Shown one piece after another: positions 1-11,242 of a DNA stretch of 64,000 nt; positions within the stretch are counted from its first letter, which is position 1, and the number at the start of each line of letters is the position of its first letter. The DNA comes from Lepidodermella squamata (Eukaryota; Animalia; Gastrotricha), in assembly GCA_047495785.1 (NCBI GenBank), contig JBLDXI010000048.1, positions 1,116,001 to 1,180,000 on the forward strand. Direction: 5' to 3'. Below the pieces are notes generated by a model. That model had not been told where the DNA came from and made no database searches. It worked only from the letters and a program-made list of their open reading frames with translations. The position numbers were made by a program, and so were the translations under genes.

Positions 1-733
1 CCTGTCCAGATAAGTTAAAGAAAAATTAAAAAAATCTTGAACATAGTAATTAAGTATGTCAAGTAATTAGATTAAACAGTCCGGAGAAATTTGGTCCAGC
101 CGCCTAAGCCGCGTAAAACTACTGAAAAATACCAAAACCCCTATCGGGATTTTCCGTTTTATTTCGGTAATTTTCTATTTCTTTGTGGTTAAATTGCGGA
201 TAAAATATTCTCTAAGTAGGTTTAATTTAAAATGTTCTGCCAAATTAGAAACAGGTTCCGCAACTTTTCGAAGACGTTGTAGTTTTGTGAGGTCAACCCA
301 AATGGCGCGTAAAGATTCGAAGGTTTTAACCAACGTCGCTTTATCAGTCGATTTATTCAGCTTCTTCCGAGATTTAGGTAGCTTGTGGCTTGTGAACGAG
401 GTAAGCCACATTAACCTAAAAAAGCATTTCACCAGAGCGTTTTCGGATTCATTTAAAATTTGGATGAGGATGGATTCTTTGTAGAAGCGACTCCCTTTGT
501 AGGGGCGGATTGTAGCTTCGAAGCTCAATGAAACCAGTGTCTTTCCAACCAGTCAGTCACAAATTTACTCGATTTTCCGTGCTTGATCAATACAATTAGT
601 TTAAATCGGCTTGTAACGAACATTTCCCGGCACCGTACTGATGATAGAGTTTGAAGAATTAAACTCTCAACCTGATCTTACTAAATATGTGTTAAAAGTC
701 TAGCGTGTTTGTAACCACTTTTTCAAGTATCGA

Positions 734-1040
734 ATTGGGGTCTTCCTTTTACTGGAACCTAATTTGCTGTAACGGAACCAAATGTTGCAATTTTTCAGTG
801 GCCTGAAATCACTTTTCGGATATTTCTCACGGGTCAAGATAGACCACAATAAATCTACAAAAATCACCGGTAAATTCAGCATGACAGTCTCTACAAGACA
901 GAGTGTCCAATTCAGAACTCATGCTTCGCCTAAAATTGGTAGAAATATTCAAAAAATTACTCTTGGCAGGTTTCGAATTTGGTTCCGCTAAAGCTAATTA
1001 GGTTCCGCTCACGGTAAATTTGGTTCCGCTAAAAGATCCA
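734..1040. mobile_element. MITE-like insertion upstream of SOCS-box gene 1
   Basis: An inverted repeat of about 30 bp (ggaacctaatttgctgtaacggaaccaaat near 754-783 vs atttggttccgctaaagctaattaggttcc near 977-1006). The segment is missing from the paralogous upstream region of gene 2, where tatcga joins gtagtctgc directly near 2676-2690. Confidence 0.6.
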
Positions 1041-1103
1041 GTAGTCTGCTTCTGCACATATTTTCCGTTTTCTTTTCTAGTGAGGTTGCTTTACTTGGCT
1101 CAG

Positions 1104-2381
1104 ATGTTTGAGAAAACATATTGTCGTGATCATTTATGCGAGTTTTGCAAAGACTATTGTTTTCTCACGAGATACGACTTCTTGATTCAACTGATTGCTG
1201 AGTTGGGAACTTTGCTGGCAGAATATGTTGGAAAATATGTCGTAATAATATCGAATTCTTACGGCCAATGGTGGTTCCTGCAAATATTTGAAGGTCTTAG
1301 ACTCTGGCTTGACCTTAGGGGCGACAATGTTATAGTCATATTGCCTCACCAGGAGGAACGTGAAGCATTCCTGATCCCGCTGAATCAAACTCTAGCTAAC
1401 CTTGAAGAACGGGACGAGCTATCTTTCCTCATGTTGATTTTTCGAGTGCGTGTTCTGTCGAGTTTGCAAGATAAAACTCAATTAATATCGTTCCTCTGCC
1501 GAAATTGGTCGTATTTGCCGAAATGCGTCTTGTACTCAACAGTCATTCATCTGTTCGAAACCGATTGCGACATTGATACGTATCGAGCTCTGGCTGATGT
1601 TGGGATCTTCAATTATGGTTCCGGTCGGGTTTGCAGAGATGTAACTGAAATGGAATCATTTGCTGAATTCATTCGACGTCTCTGCTGGAAATGTTTAAAT
1701 TGTGTCAAGTTGGACTATCCTAAGGCGCCGCTGGGAGAGATGGACATTCAAAAAATTCGCGTTTTGACGGATTTAATCTCGCGAATTTCCGATGATGTCA
1801 AAGATCGGATCCAAAATTGGAATATATCCTTGGAATACCTTGTGGATTTCACAGACTTTGAAAACCATGTCGATGTGTTCCGCGACTACATCGATGCCTC
1901 AAATATTTATAGGAGCGAATGTTTTTTGATGGAATCATTCCTTTCCAAGAATTATTCTTTGGCGTTGGCATTACTTCAGGCTTCAAGCCCTCTCGACCGA
2001 GATGTCTCCGTTCACCTTCTACATGAATTTCAACGCGTCTTCTTTCGGAACGCGGATATTAGCAAAACTTGGGTTTTCACCGCTATTCATCAACTTAGCC
2101 GCGGATTTTCTTCGCCTCGGTGGAAAGTGCTCCCTCTTAGCCTAGTTTCATGCTGTAGACAGGTTATTCTAACCCACCTTCCGAGAGGCTGCAAGATCCG
2201 TTCCAACGCTATCAATCAACTGGGGCTGCCGCAGATGCTTTGCGATTTTCTCAACCTGCAGGATATTTGCGAACTTGCGAGCAGTGGAAATCGACCACCG
2301 CATAGAGCCTATATGACAGGTGATGATGGCGACGACGATTACTTCTACGACTACGGTGACGGCGACGAATATCATGGATAA
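1104..2381 (+). CDS. CxxC/SOCS-box family protein 1
   Basis: ATG at 1104 follows a ttttctag acceptor. Motifs: LCEFCKDYC, LPKCVL, LLQAS, SOCS box LSLVSCCRQVIL...LGLPQMLCDFL, and an acidic tail. Confidence 0.85.
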   Translation: MFEKTYCRDHLCEFCKDYCFLTRYDFLIQLIAELGTLLAEYVGKYVVIISNSYGQWWFLQIFEGLRLWLDLRGDNVIVILPHQEEREAFLIPLNQTLANLEERDELSFLMLIFRVRVLSSLQDKTQLISFLCRNWSYLPKCVLYSTVIHLFETDCDIDTYRALADVGIFNYGSGRVCRDVTEMESFAEFIRRLCWKCLNCVKLDYPKAPLGEMDIQKIRVLTDLISRISDDVKDRIQNWNISLEYLVDFTDFENHVDVFRDYIDASNIYRSECFLMESFLSKNYSLALALLQASSPLDRDVSVHLLHEFQRVFFRNADISKTWVFTAIHQLSRGFSSPRWKVLPLSLVSCCRQVILTHLPRGCKIRSNAINQLGLPQMLCDFLNLQDICELASSGNRPPHRAYMTGDDGDDDYFYDYGDGDEYHG

Positions 2382-5300
2382 TAATTCTTTGAACGTGATA
2401 AATATTAACGATAGACAGGGGTATATTTTTGTGATCAATTGATCGGTACATGTGCAAATCAAATATTTTCAGAGCATATTTCGTCTCTTTTGGCTCAATT
2501 GTTAACTATTTTGTGTTTTAGATCGAACTTGATGTATAAAATTTGTTCAACCCGGCTTGTAACGAACTTTTCCTGGCACGGTACTGATGATCGAGTTTGA
2601 AGATTAAAATTCTCAACTTGTTATTCACTTCAATCAGCAAAAAAGCCTAGCATTGTAGATACCTGTGTTTCTTCCTATCGAGTAGTCTGCTATTTTCATT
2701 ACACACTTGCAATATTTTCTATTTTTTGCCAATGTCTTTTCCAGCATAGTGCTTGCACTTGGCTCATATGTTTGAGAAAACGTATTGTCTTGATCGTTTA
2801 TGCGAGTTTTGCGAAGACTATTGTTTTCTCACGAGATACGACTTCTTAATTCAACTGATTGCTGAGTTGGAAACTTTGCTGGCAGAATATGTGGGGAAAT
2901 TCGACGTAATAATATCGAATTCTTACGGCCAATGGTGGTTCCCGCAAATTTTTGAAGACCTTGGTCTTTGGCTTGACGATAAGGGTGACAATATACTAGT
3001 CATACTTCCTCACCAGGAGGAACTTGAAACGTTCTCGATCGCGCTGAATCAAACTCTAGCTAACCTTGAAGAATTGGACGAGCTTTCCTTCCCCCTTTTG
3101 ATCTTTCGAGTGCGTGTTCTATCGAGTTTGCAAGATAAAGCTCAATTGACATCGTTTATTTGCCGAAATTGGTGGAATCTGCCGAAATGTGTCTTGTATT
3201 CTACAATCATTCATCTTTTCGATACTGATTTCGACATTGATACTTATCGAACTTTTGCTGATGTTGGGATCTTCAATTCTGGTCCCGGCCGGGTGTATGA
3301 CGATGGAACTGAAATGAAAGCATTTGTCGAATTCATTCGACGTTTCTGCCAAAAATGCTGCGTAGATCGGTTCGAGCGGTTCCGTCCCACGCGGACCCTT
3401 GAGGAGATTGACATTCAGAAATTTCCCGTTTTGACGGATTTGATCCCGCGAATTTCCGATGATGTGAAAGATTTGATCGATGATTGGAATATTTCCCTAG
3501 AATGCCTTGCGGATTACATGGACTTTGAAAATCACGGCGATTTGTTCTGTGACTTGATTGACGCCACAAAGAGTTTCAAAAATGAAAAGTTAATGTTGGG
3601 CTCACTCCTTCTTAAGAATTATCCTCTGATGTTGGTATTACTTAAGGCTTCAAGCCCTTTCGATCGAGACTTTTCTGTTCGTCTTCTTCGTGAATTTAAA
3701 CTCTACGGCTTTTGGACCAAGGATATTATTAGCAAAACTTGGGTTTTCACCGCTATTCATCAACTTAGCCGCGGATTTTCTTCGCCTCGGTGGAAAGTGC
3801 TCCCTCTTAGCCTAGTTTCATGCTGTAGACAGGTTATTCTAACCCACCTTCCGAGAGGCTGCAAGATCCGTTCCAACGCTATCAATCAACTGGGGCTGCC
3901 GCAGATGCTTTGCGATTTTCTCAACCTGCAGGATATTTGCGAACTTGCGAGCAGTGGAAATCGACCACCGCATAGAGCCTATATGACAGGTGATGATGGC
4001 GACGACGATTACTTCTACGACTACGGTGACGGCGACGAATATCATGGATAATAATTCTTTGAACGTGATAAATATTAACGATAGACAGGGGTATATTTTT
4101 GTGATCAATTGATCGGTACATGTGCAAATCAAATATTTTCAGAGCATATTTCGTCTCTTTTGGCTCAATTGTTAACTATTTTGTGTTTTAGATCGAACTT
4201 GATGTATAAAATTTGTTCAACCCGGCTTGTAACGAACTTTTCCTGGCACGGTACTGATGATCGAGTTTGAAGATTAAAATTCTCAACTTGTTATTCACTT
4301 CAATCAGCAAAAAAGCCTAGCATTGTAGATACCTGTGTTTCTTCCTATCGAGTAGTCTGCTATTTTCATTACACACTTGCAATATTTTCTATTTTTTGCC
4401 AATGTCTTTTCCAGCATAGTGCTTGCACTTGGCTCATATGTTTGAGAAAACGTATTGTCTTGATCGTTTATGCGAGTTTTGCGAAGACTATTGTTTTCTC
4501 ACGAGATACGACTTCTTAATTCAACTGATTGCTGAGTTGGAAACTTTGCTGGCAGAATATGTGGGGAAATTCGACGTAATAATATCGAATTCTTACGGCC
4601 AATGGTGGTTCCCGCAAATTTTTGAAGACCTTGGTCTTTGGCTTGACGATAAGGGTGACAATATACTAGTCATACTTCCTCACCAGGAGGAACTTGAAAC
4701 GTTCTCGATCGCGCTGAATCAAACTCTAGCTAACCTTGAAGAATTGGACGAGCTTTCCTTCCCCCTTTTGATCTTTCGAGTGCGTGTTCTATCGAGTTTG
4801 CAAGATAAAGCTCAATTGACATCGTTTATTTGCCGAAATTGGTGGAATCTGCCGAAATGTGTCTTGTATTCTACAATCATTCATCTTTTCGATACTGATT
4901 TCGACATTGATACTTATCGAACTTTTGCTGATGTTGGGATCTTCAATTCTGGTCCCGGCCGGGTGTATGACGATGGAACTGAAATGAAAGCATTTGTCGA
5001 ATTCATTCGACGTTTCTGCCAAAAATGCTGCGTAGATCGGTTCGAGCGGTTCCGTCCCACGCGGACCCTTGAGGAGATTGACATTCAGAAATTTCCCGTT
5101 TTGACGGATTTGATCCCGCGAATTTCCGATGATGTGAAAGATTTGATCGATGATTGGAATATTTCCCTAGAATGCCTTGCGGATTACATGGACTTTGAAA
5201 ATCACGGCGATTTGTTCTGTGACTTGATTGACGCCACAAAGAGTTTCAAAAATGAAAAGTTAATGTTGGGCTCACTCCTTCTTAAGAATTATCCTCTGAT

Positions 5301-5447
5301 GTTGGTATTACTTAAGGCTTCAAGCCCTTTCGATCGAGACTTTTCTGTTCGTCTTCTTCGTGAATTTAAACTCTACGGCTTTTGGACCAAGGATATTATT
5401 AGCAAAACTTGGGTTTTCACCGCTATTCATCAACTTAGCCGCGGATT
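2058..5447 (+). repeat. 1670-bp near-identical tandem duplication
   Basis: The sequence recurs at an offset of 1670 (ORFs at 2753/4423 and 2169/3839). The first mismatch I found is 3778 vs 5448. Confidence 0.92.
2768..4051 (+). CDS. CxxC/SOCS-box family protein 2 (chimera of gene 3 N-terminus and gene 1 C-terminus)
   Basis: ATG at 2768; LCEFCEDYC. The SOCS box and tail are identical to gene 1 and the body is identical to gene 3. Confidence 0.85.
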   Translation: MFEKTYCLDRLCEFCEDYCFLTRYDFLIQLIAELETLLAEYVGKFDVIISNSYGQWWFPQIFEDLGLWLDDKGDNILVILPHQEELETFSIALNQTLANLEELDELSFPLLIFRVRVLSSLQDKAQLTSFICRNWWNLPKCVLYSTIIHLFDTDFDIDTYRTFADVGIFNSGPGRVYDDGTEMKAFVEFIRRFCQKCCVDRFERFRPTRTLEEIDIQKFPVLTDLIPRISDDVKDLIDDWNISLECLADYMDFENHGDLFCDLIDATKSFKNEKLMLGSLLLKNYPLMLVLLKASSPFDRDFSVRLLREFKLYGFWTKDIISKTWVFTAIHQLSRGFSSPRWKVLPLSLVSCCRQVILTHLPRGCKIRSNAINQLGLPQMLCDFLNLQDICELASSGNRPPHRAYMTGDDGDDDYFYDYGDGDEYHG

Positions 5448-5724
5448 CTCTTCGCCTCGGTGGAAAGTGCTCCCTCTTAGCCTAGTTTCATGCTGTAGAC
5501 ATGTTATTCTAACCCACCTTCCGAGAGGCTGCAAGATCCGTTCCAACGCTATTAATCAACTGGGGCTGCCGCAGGTGCTTTGCGATTTTCTCAACCTGCA
5601 GGATATCTGCGAACTTGCGAGCAGAGGCATTCAGCCACCGCCCAGAAATGATCGTTATATGCCAAGTGACGATGGAGACGACGATCACTTCGACGACAAC
5701 GATGGCGACGATGATTATTGGTGA
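4438..5724 (+). CDS. CxxC/SOCS-box family protein 3
   Basis: Same motifs; SLVSCCRHVIL...LGLPQVLCDFL; acidic tail. Confidence 0.85.
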   Translation: MFEKTYCLDRLCEFCEDYCFLTRYDFLIQLIAELETLLAEYVGKFDVIISNSYGQWWFPQIFEDLGLWLDDKGDNILVILPHQEELETFSIALNQTLANLEELDELSFPLLIFRVRVLSSLQDKAQLTSFICRNWWNLPKCVLYSTIIHLFDTDFDIDTYRTFADVGIFNSGPGRVYDDGTEMKAFVEFIRRFCQKCCVDRFERFRPTRTLEEIDIQKFPVLTDLIPRISDDVKDLIDDWNISLECLADYMDFENHGDLFCDLIDATKSFKNEKLMLGSLLLKNYPLMLVLLKASSPFDRDFSVRLLREFKLYGFWTKDIISKTWVFTAIHQLSRGFSSPRWKVLPLSLVSCCRHVILTHLPRGCKIRSNAINQLGLPQVLCDFLNLQDICELASRGIQPPPRNDRYMPSDDGDDDHFDDNDGDDDYW

Positions 5725-5873
5725 TCGAATGTGTCAACAAAAATTCCTTTCAAGTGATGAAAACTAATGACGAGATGATATATACTTATTTTTGTGATCG
5801 AAGTGATCCATGAATGTGCAAATGAAATATTTTCTGATCATATTTCTCTTCTACTTCGTATTTTAGACATATT

Positions 5874-7118
5874 ATGAGCCAGTTTAGCTCGTGTACTATC
5901 GAACGATTTTGCGAATTTTGCAGGGACACCTGTTTTCTAGCCAAGAAAAAATTTCGCAAGGCTTTAAAACATCAACTTGCCTCATTTCTCGCGAGCGATT
6001 CCAATCTTCAAGTTGTAATTGTTGATGATAATCTTTTCGATCATGATTTCACCGGATTGCTAATCGAGACCACCATCGAATGTTGGTCGGCAAACTTGCG
6101 CGTTGTTATACTGGACCAGTCGCCTCGCCAAGAATCTTTCGCCTTCAACGATTGCAAAAAATCGGAGTTGTTGGCTAAATTTTCCGAGCATATTTCGGAG
6201 ATTGTGGAAATTCCACCGAATTTGGCTCCGTTCCTTGTTTTCGCCGCAAGTGTTTTTCAACAGGAGTACTGGCTAGAAGATCTGCGGAATCTCATCAGTA
6301 AATTCGGCCATATGATTCCTGAATGTTATCTAATGAAAATGAGCATTGAAGGTTTACCAAATCCTGAATCTTTTTTGACTTATCAAACAATTTTCGATGC
6401 CTTGCAATGTCGCATTGGCAACAGGATGAGTCACGAAGTATTCGAACGATTTCTGGCTAAATATCTTGAATCTTGCTGGAACGCTATTAGAGATGACTGG
6501 GACGAGGTGATCGAGATTCTGGTGGATCTAGTTCCAAAAATTGATAAAGAAGTGTTGAACAGCATGGGTTCAATTGCCTATAAAATGCAGCGTCTTATTT
6601 TCAATAAAATGAGGCCTTTAAGTGGCGGCCTTCTCGTAGATTACATCGATGCCTTGAAATGCTATGAAAATGCTTATCTACCTCTGGAAGCCATTGAATT
6701 TGGTCGAAACTTGGCTTTTCTACGTTTACTACAAGCCGGCTGCTCAGTCGCGTGGCTTATGAGCCTATGTGACTCGAGTTTCGATCCACCTCGTCGCCTC
6801 GTTGAATTGATTGAAGTAGTTTGCAGCGAGCTGTTGCACAAATCTGACTTAGCGTCAGTTCGCTTCATGTTCATTACGCGTAAATCAAAGCACGATCGTC
6901 CGTCCATTAATTTGTCATCGTGTTGCAGGCGTGTGATCCTTCGCAGTCTGCCGAAAGGCTGGCGGGCTCGGAAAAATGCGATCAATCAGCTTCAATTGCC
7001 GAAAATTCTTACTGATTTTCTCATGTTGCGCGACATCGCACGCGCCATCGAGTTGTATTCCGACTCTCTGTTGGTGCAGCCAAAACGGGTCCATTTCTGC
7101 CTCAATTTCTTCGATTAA
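5874..7118 (+). CDS. CxxC/SOCS-box family protein 4
   Basis: FCEFCRDTC, IPECYL, ILVDLVPKI, LLQAGC, NLSSCCRRVIL...LQLPKILTDFL. Confidence 0.85.
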   Translation: MSQFSSCTIERFCEFCRDTCFLAKKKFRKALKHQLASFLASDSNLQVVIVDDNLFDHDFTGLLIETTIECWSANLRVVILDQSPRQESFAFNDCKKSELLAKFSEHISEIVEIPPNLAPFLVFAASVFQQEYWLEDLRNLISKFGHMIPECYLMKMSIEGLPNPESFLTYQTIFDALQCRIGNRMSHEVFERFLAKYLESCWNAIRDDWDEVIEILVDLVPKIDKEVLNSMGSIAYKMQRLIFNKMRPLSGGLLVDYIDALKCYENAYLPLEAIEFGRNLAFLRLLQAGCSVAWLMSLCDSSFDPPRRLVELIEVVCSELLHKSDLASVRFMFITRKSKHDRPSINLSSCCRRVILRSLPKGWRARKNAINQLQLPKILTDFLMLRDIARAIELYSDSLLVQPKRVHFCLNFFD

Positions 7119-7743
7119 AGAACTGCTTCAAAGTCTCTGTGATTAACATTTCGCTTTCATGACTTTTTTGGTGAAGATATGGCTTGAATTTTGTGAAAAA
7201 TCAAAATTATTTATTGATTCATTTTTTGAATTCTTCTCAGAATTCTATACATCTCTCCGTTCAGAGTGATCTACAACGTTACGAGAAAACTCGAATTTTC
7301 CTGTTTTTCAGCTTTCCTATTTTTTAGAACGCATTATTATTTTAATGATCAAATAACCGAAAAGAGGTGGTTCTGTGGTGTTTTTATTGGAAATTCCCGA
7401 ACGTATAAATTGCGAGTGAACTCTCCCTTCCCGTCACGATTTTTCGAATACTTCGAATACTCTTGTTTCACGATGGATTTCAAGGTATTGGAAACCCTAA
7501 TTATCAGCGAGACAGCAGTCCTTAAATTTTTCGAATCCGATTCTTGCAGCGACGTGACATTTGCTTATCAAGCCTTTTGAAGTTGTCCTCGTCAATTTCG
7601 GTTAGAGTGAATAAGATAGCAACGTTGGGCTTACGAAAGTTGGATTTTCGAAAATTTGCATGCTCACTGAGGTCCAAACAGTCCTGATTGACTTGAACGA
7701 TTAACATGAAAACGGTTTGGCGTTTGCTCAAAATTTGAGAGCC

Positions 7744-7803
7744 ATGGCCATGTTTTCAGAACTTCATCGGCGTCTCGGCTTACAAACGGCAGCTCATTTT
7801 TGA
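7744..7803 (+). pseudogene. 5' relic of a family member
   Basis: MAMFSELHRRLGLQTAAHF* resembles the leaders of paralogs (RRLGYG, LGLGHSAKFC). TGA stands where the first Cys codon would be. Confidence 0.45.
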
Positions 7804-8102
7804 ATTCCTTGGATTCCTTGACCCTGGCATTACTTCAGACTAGCTCTTCATTCTACCTACTGGAACCGCTTTAATGCGGTAAATTAACTTGGATTCTTTT
7901 CGATTTTCTCAGCCTGAAAGATCTTGCGTAACTTCTGCTCTTTAAAATATGATCATAATTGTTGCTGTAAGAATTTCTTGATTGAAGATTGAATTGATCG
8001 ATGTGATTTCCGATAAAATTGATCCCCTAATCTTACTCCACCACGTTTTCGTTTCTAGCTTTACAAAAATTATTGAAGTATTTTTTGAGCTGGTTTTTGC
8101 TG

Positions 8103-9407
8103 ATGAATCTTTTGCATTGGCTTGGATTGGGCCATTCCGCGAAATTTTGCGAATTTTGCAATGACAAATGCTTCCTGGCCAAACGCGAATTTCGAAAAGC
8201 TCTGCTACGGGACCTTGTCGCAGTTCTCGCGACATCCGAGCGTAATCTACATGTTGTGATCGCCGAGGCGGGCAAGCAATTCGATTTCAGCAAATGGCTC
8301 GTCGATATTGAGATCAAAAGCTGGTCTACTGTGATGCGTGTCGTTATACTCGAATTATCGCCCAGCTACCCGAAATTGACTTACTATGAAACTGAACAGA
8401 AACAGTTGAATTTTTCCAGGAAACTCGCTGAATATTTGCTGGCAATTGCGAGAGGTAGCCACGAAATGACGCCGATTCTCGTTTTTCTAGTTTCCCTACT
8501 GCTGCAGAACAATGATTTCGCAAATTTGCGGTTAATTCTTCTAGAATTTGGATCGCATATTCCTAAATGTTTGCGATTGAAAATGAGCGTTCTAGCTTTG
8601 ACCAGTTGCGCAGATTCTGACCCGATTTTGACCAGCCAAGCCTTTCTGAATTTCGGACCTTATTTCGCCAATAAATCGATTTTTCTGAGGCATGAATCGA
8701 ATTGCAAAAAATGCGCTGAATTCGTTAAAATTGCGGAGAAATACATTGAATCCTGTTGTAAAATCATCGAATTTCCGAATAACGACAAAGAACTATTCAC
8801 TAGAATCGTCAAGATTCTTGTGGATCTGATTCCGAAAATTTATCCTGATCTAATTTGTGAGATGAAGCCAGCTTCCTCCCTGATTCCGATCGCCCTATTC
8901 CATCCAATGATGAAGGAGTTTGAAGATCTTTTCGTTGATTTGATCGACGCCTCAAGGTCCTATGAGAATCAAGATTTGCTGAATGTCACTATTCACTCCG
9001 AACACTATTTCGTATTTCTGAAATTGCTGCAAGCCGGCTGCCATCCGATTGCTCAAGATTCATTCGATTTAAATTTTCAGAACCTTATCCAGCGATGTAA
9101 TTCATTACCTGCCGCTTGGACTCAACTTCGCCCGATTTCGGAAACTACGACATTTCTTCTTCGTTCAGAGTCGAGCTTGAATTTTGAGACGCCGTTGAAT
9201 TTGCCCTCATTTTGCCGAAGAAAAATACTTGAAAGCCTGCCGAAAGGCTGGAGGGCTCGGAAAAATGCAATCGATCAGCTTCAACTGCCGAAGAATCTCA
9301 CTGATTATCTGATGTTGCAGGATATTGCTGAAATCACGAACCTTGAGCAAGCCGATCATAACAACAATGGTGCTCGTTCCCTCATGATTATTAATGATGA
9401 TTATTAA
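8103..9407 (+). CDS. CxxC/SOCS-box family protein 5
   Basis: First ATG at 8103; FCEFCNDKC, IPKCL, ILVDLIPKI, LLQAGC, NLPSFCRRKIL...LQLPKNLTDYL. Confidence 0.85.
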   Translation: MNLLHWLGLGHSAKFCEFCNDKCFLAKREFRKALLRDLVAVLATSERNLHVVIAEAGKQFDFSKWLVDIEIKSWSTVMRVVILELSPSYPKLTYYETEQKQLNFSRKLAEYLLAIARGSHEMTPILVFLVSLLLQNNDFANLRLILLEFGSHIPKCLRLKMSVLALTSCADSDPILTSQAFLNFGPYFANKSIFLRHESNCKKCAEFVKIAEKYIESCCKIIEFPNNDKELFTRIVKILVDLIPKIYPDLICEMKPASSLIPIALFHPMMKEFEDLFVDLIDASRSYENQDLLNVTIHSEHYFVFLKLLQAGCHPIAQDSFDLNFQNLIQRCNSLPAAWTQLRPISETTTFLLRSESSLNFETPLNLPSFCRRKILESLPKGWRARKNAIDQLQLPKNLTDYLMLQDIAEITNLEQADHNNNGARSLMIINDDY

Positions 9408-10023
9408 TGAATTCTTGACGGCTGTCGGGTTACCTAGATATTTTTGTGCTCACTTATTGACTTATTGATGTCTCTGGTTAAAATTTATTAAATTTCATCT
9501 TTATTTTTTTTAGAATTTTTATGTACAATCAATGAAAACTATGTGTCGATGTGCAACTCAGTTTCGAGAAGGTCGAGAATGAAAAAATGTAAACCCGTCT
9601 GATCAGCCGAAGCACATTTCCAGGCTTGCCTATGTTTCGTCCGCGATCGCGCTTGTATTAGTTGGAAAAATCCTTCAAAGGCTTGTACTGACGCGGTTTT
9701 ATTTCCTGGGTTTCTTTTATATCTATTTGGAATTTGATAACTTAAAATGAATCCCACTTGTGCTATATTTGGACCTAATTTTTCAATTAAATGTGGGTTT
9801 CTTCTATTTAAATGGCGAATTATTTCAATTTTTCAATTTTCAATTTTATTATTCCAAAATATTTGAAGAGTAAATTGTTCCGTGTACGTGTAGCGTCAAT
9901 ATCTTCCCGACGTTTTTTGAAACCGGCTACTTTTGTGCACTCGACGTTTCCGCACAGATTTAAATTATAGAAAATATATTTATCCTTATTATTCATTTGA
10001 AATTTGCACCCCGACTTTGTTGA

Positions 10024-10326
10024 AATTTCGTAATTTTAATTTTTTTCAATATGACATTTCCCCTCCGACAGTTGTTCATTAGATAAAATAATTATTAATT
10101 CTAAATGATTTTTCATGATTCCCATGTCGCAAAACATGTGAAGGGAGCTGCAGCTACTTTTTTCCATAAGGAGCAATCATCGGCGATTACGTCGGGCTAG
10201 TTCCCGAGACCTTCTTTGGCAACATGGAAATTATGAAAAATCATTTCGAATTAATAATTATTTTTATTTAATGAACAACCGTCGGAGGGGAAATGCCGTA
10301 TTGAAAAAATATAAAACCACGAAATT
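10024..10326. mobile_element. Foldback/MITE-like long inverted repeat
   Basis: Imperfect arms of more than 100 bp (catttcccctccgacagttgttcatt... vs ...aatgaacaaccgtcggaggggaaatg) around a short spacer. Confidence 0.75.
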
Positions 10327-10854
10327 GACGTTTATAAATTAGGCAAAAAATAGCGCCTACGTGGGACACATTCTTCGAGTCGTAATGTAAATTTGAAAGA
10401 CTCGGATGTTAGGGTTTTCCCGCAGTTTAAAATGGAAGTCTTCAATTCTTATTTAAAAACTTGTCGCTCAATTTTTTCGATTTCATTTTTAAAATTCAAA
10501 TTTGAAGTTTTTTCGCGCGGCGGGAAAATGCTATTACAGGTAGGAAATCGAGAGTTCTTATTTTTCGAAGAGGTTAGACAAATGTTGTCCACTTGCGTTA
10601 TCCCATAACTATAATGGCAACGTCAAACACATTTTCTGTTTTGAAGCAATTTAACGTGAAATTTGTACATCAAAAAACGGCAAAATTTAGCCGAAACCGC
10701 AAAAAACGGTCTTCAAAATTACTCTTCAAAACCGCAAATTCAAGCACCAAATCGAACTTGCAAAAACACGCTGCTGTATTAAATTGCAAAAGCAACTCTG
10801 AATTCTTTGCGCGCGCGTCCTGATTGCATAACAGGGCGAAATGTGCGAGGGCTT

Positions 10855-11240
10855 GGAAATGTTTACTCGATGTCGCGAGTCATTGAGCTCAATTTGCGCG
10901 CGCGACTAATCGCGTATTAGTGTCGCGCAATTAAACGCGCTAAGCGGAGGGCGCTCAAACCTGGCGCCCGATTACGCGCTCATTTCGCGCGTTTTCTTGG
11001 TACTCTATTGTTCATGTGCACACCAACATGCGCCTTTTCCTCATTGAGCAGCGGCCACCAACGGTTACGAAACGGTTACGCGCCCGCATTTTCGATTTTA
11101 ATTAATATTGCAGAACATGGCTCTTCAATCGAGTATCGGTTAATCTCTCCTGAAGATTTTCAGACCATTTGCACATCCTTCTCTATTACTCTAATTTGGT
11201 TTTTTCATCGAATATAGGTATTTATTGGCGATTTTTCATA
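10855..11240 (+). repeat. Duplicated upstream (promoter/5' UTR) block, second copy at about 13118-13500
   Basis: A near-identical CpG-rich block of about 380 bp precedes both gene 6 and gene 7. Confidence 0.85.
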
Positions 11241-11242
11241 TT

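Noticed and set aside
636-680. Hammerhead ribozyme (CTGATGA plus hairpin; also near 2585 and 4255)
   Set aside because: No GAAA follows the stem and I could not build stems I and III. It looks like the start of a 5' UTR intron.
175-991. Short ORFs at the window start, and antisense ORFs overlapping the array genes
   Set aside because: Non-ATG starts, no motifs, and they shadow real genes or repeats.
5754-5837. Box C/D snoRNA (GTGATGA...CTGA); a similar pair at 12862-12956
   Set aside because: There is no terminal stem or recognisable rRNA guide, and the paralogous copies near 2394 and 4064 lack both boxes. A snoscan or Infernal search would settle it.
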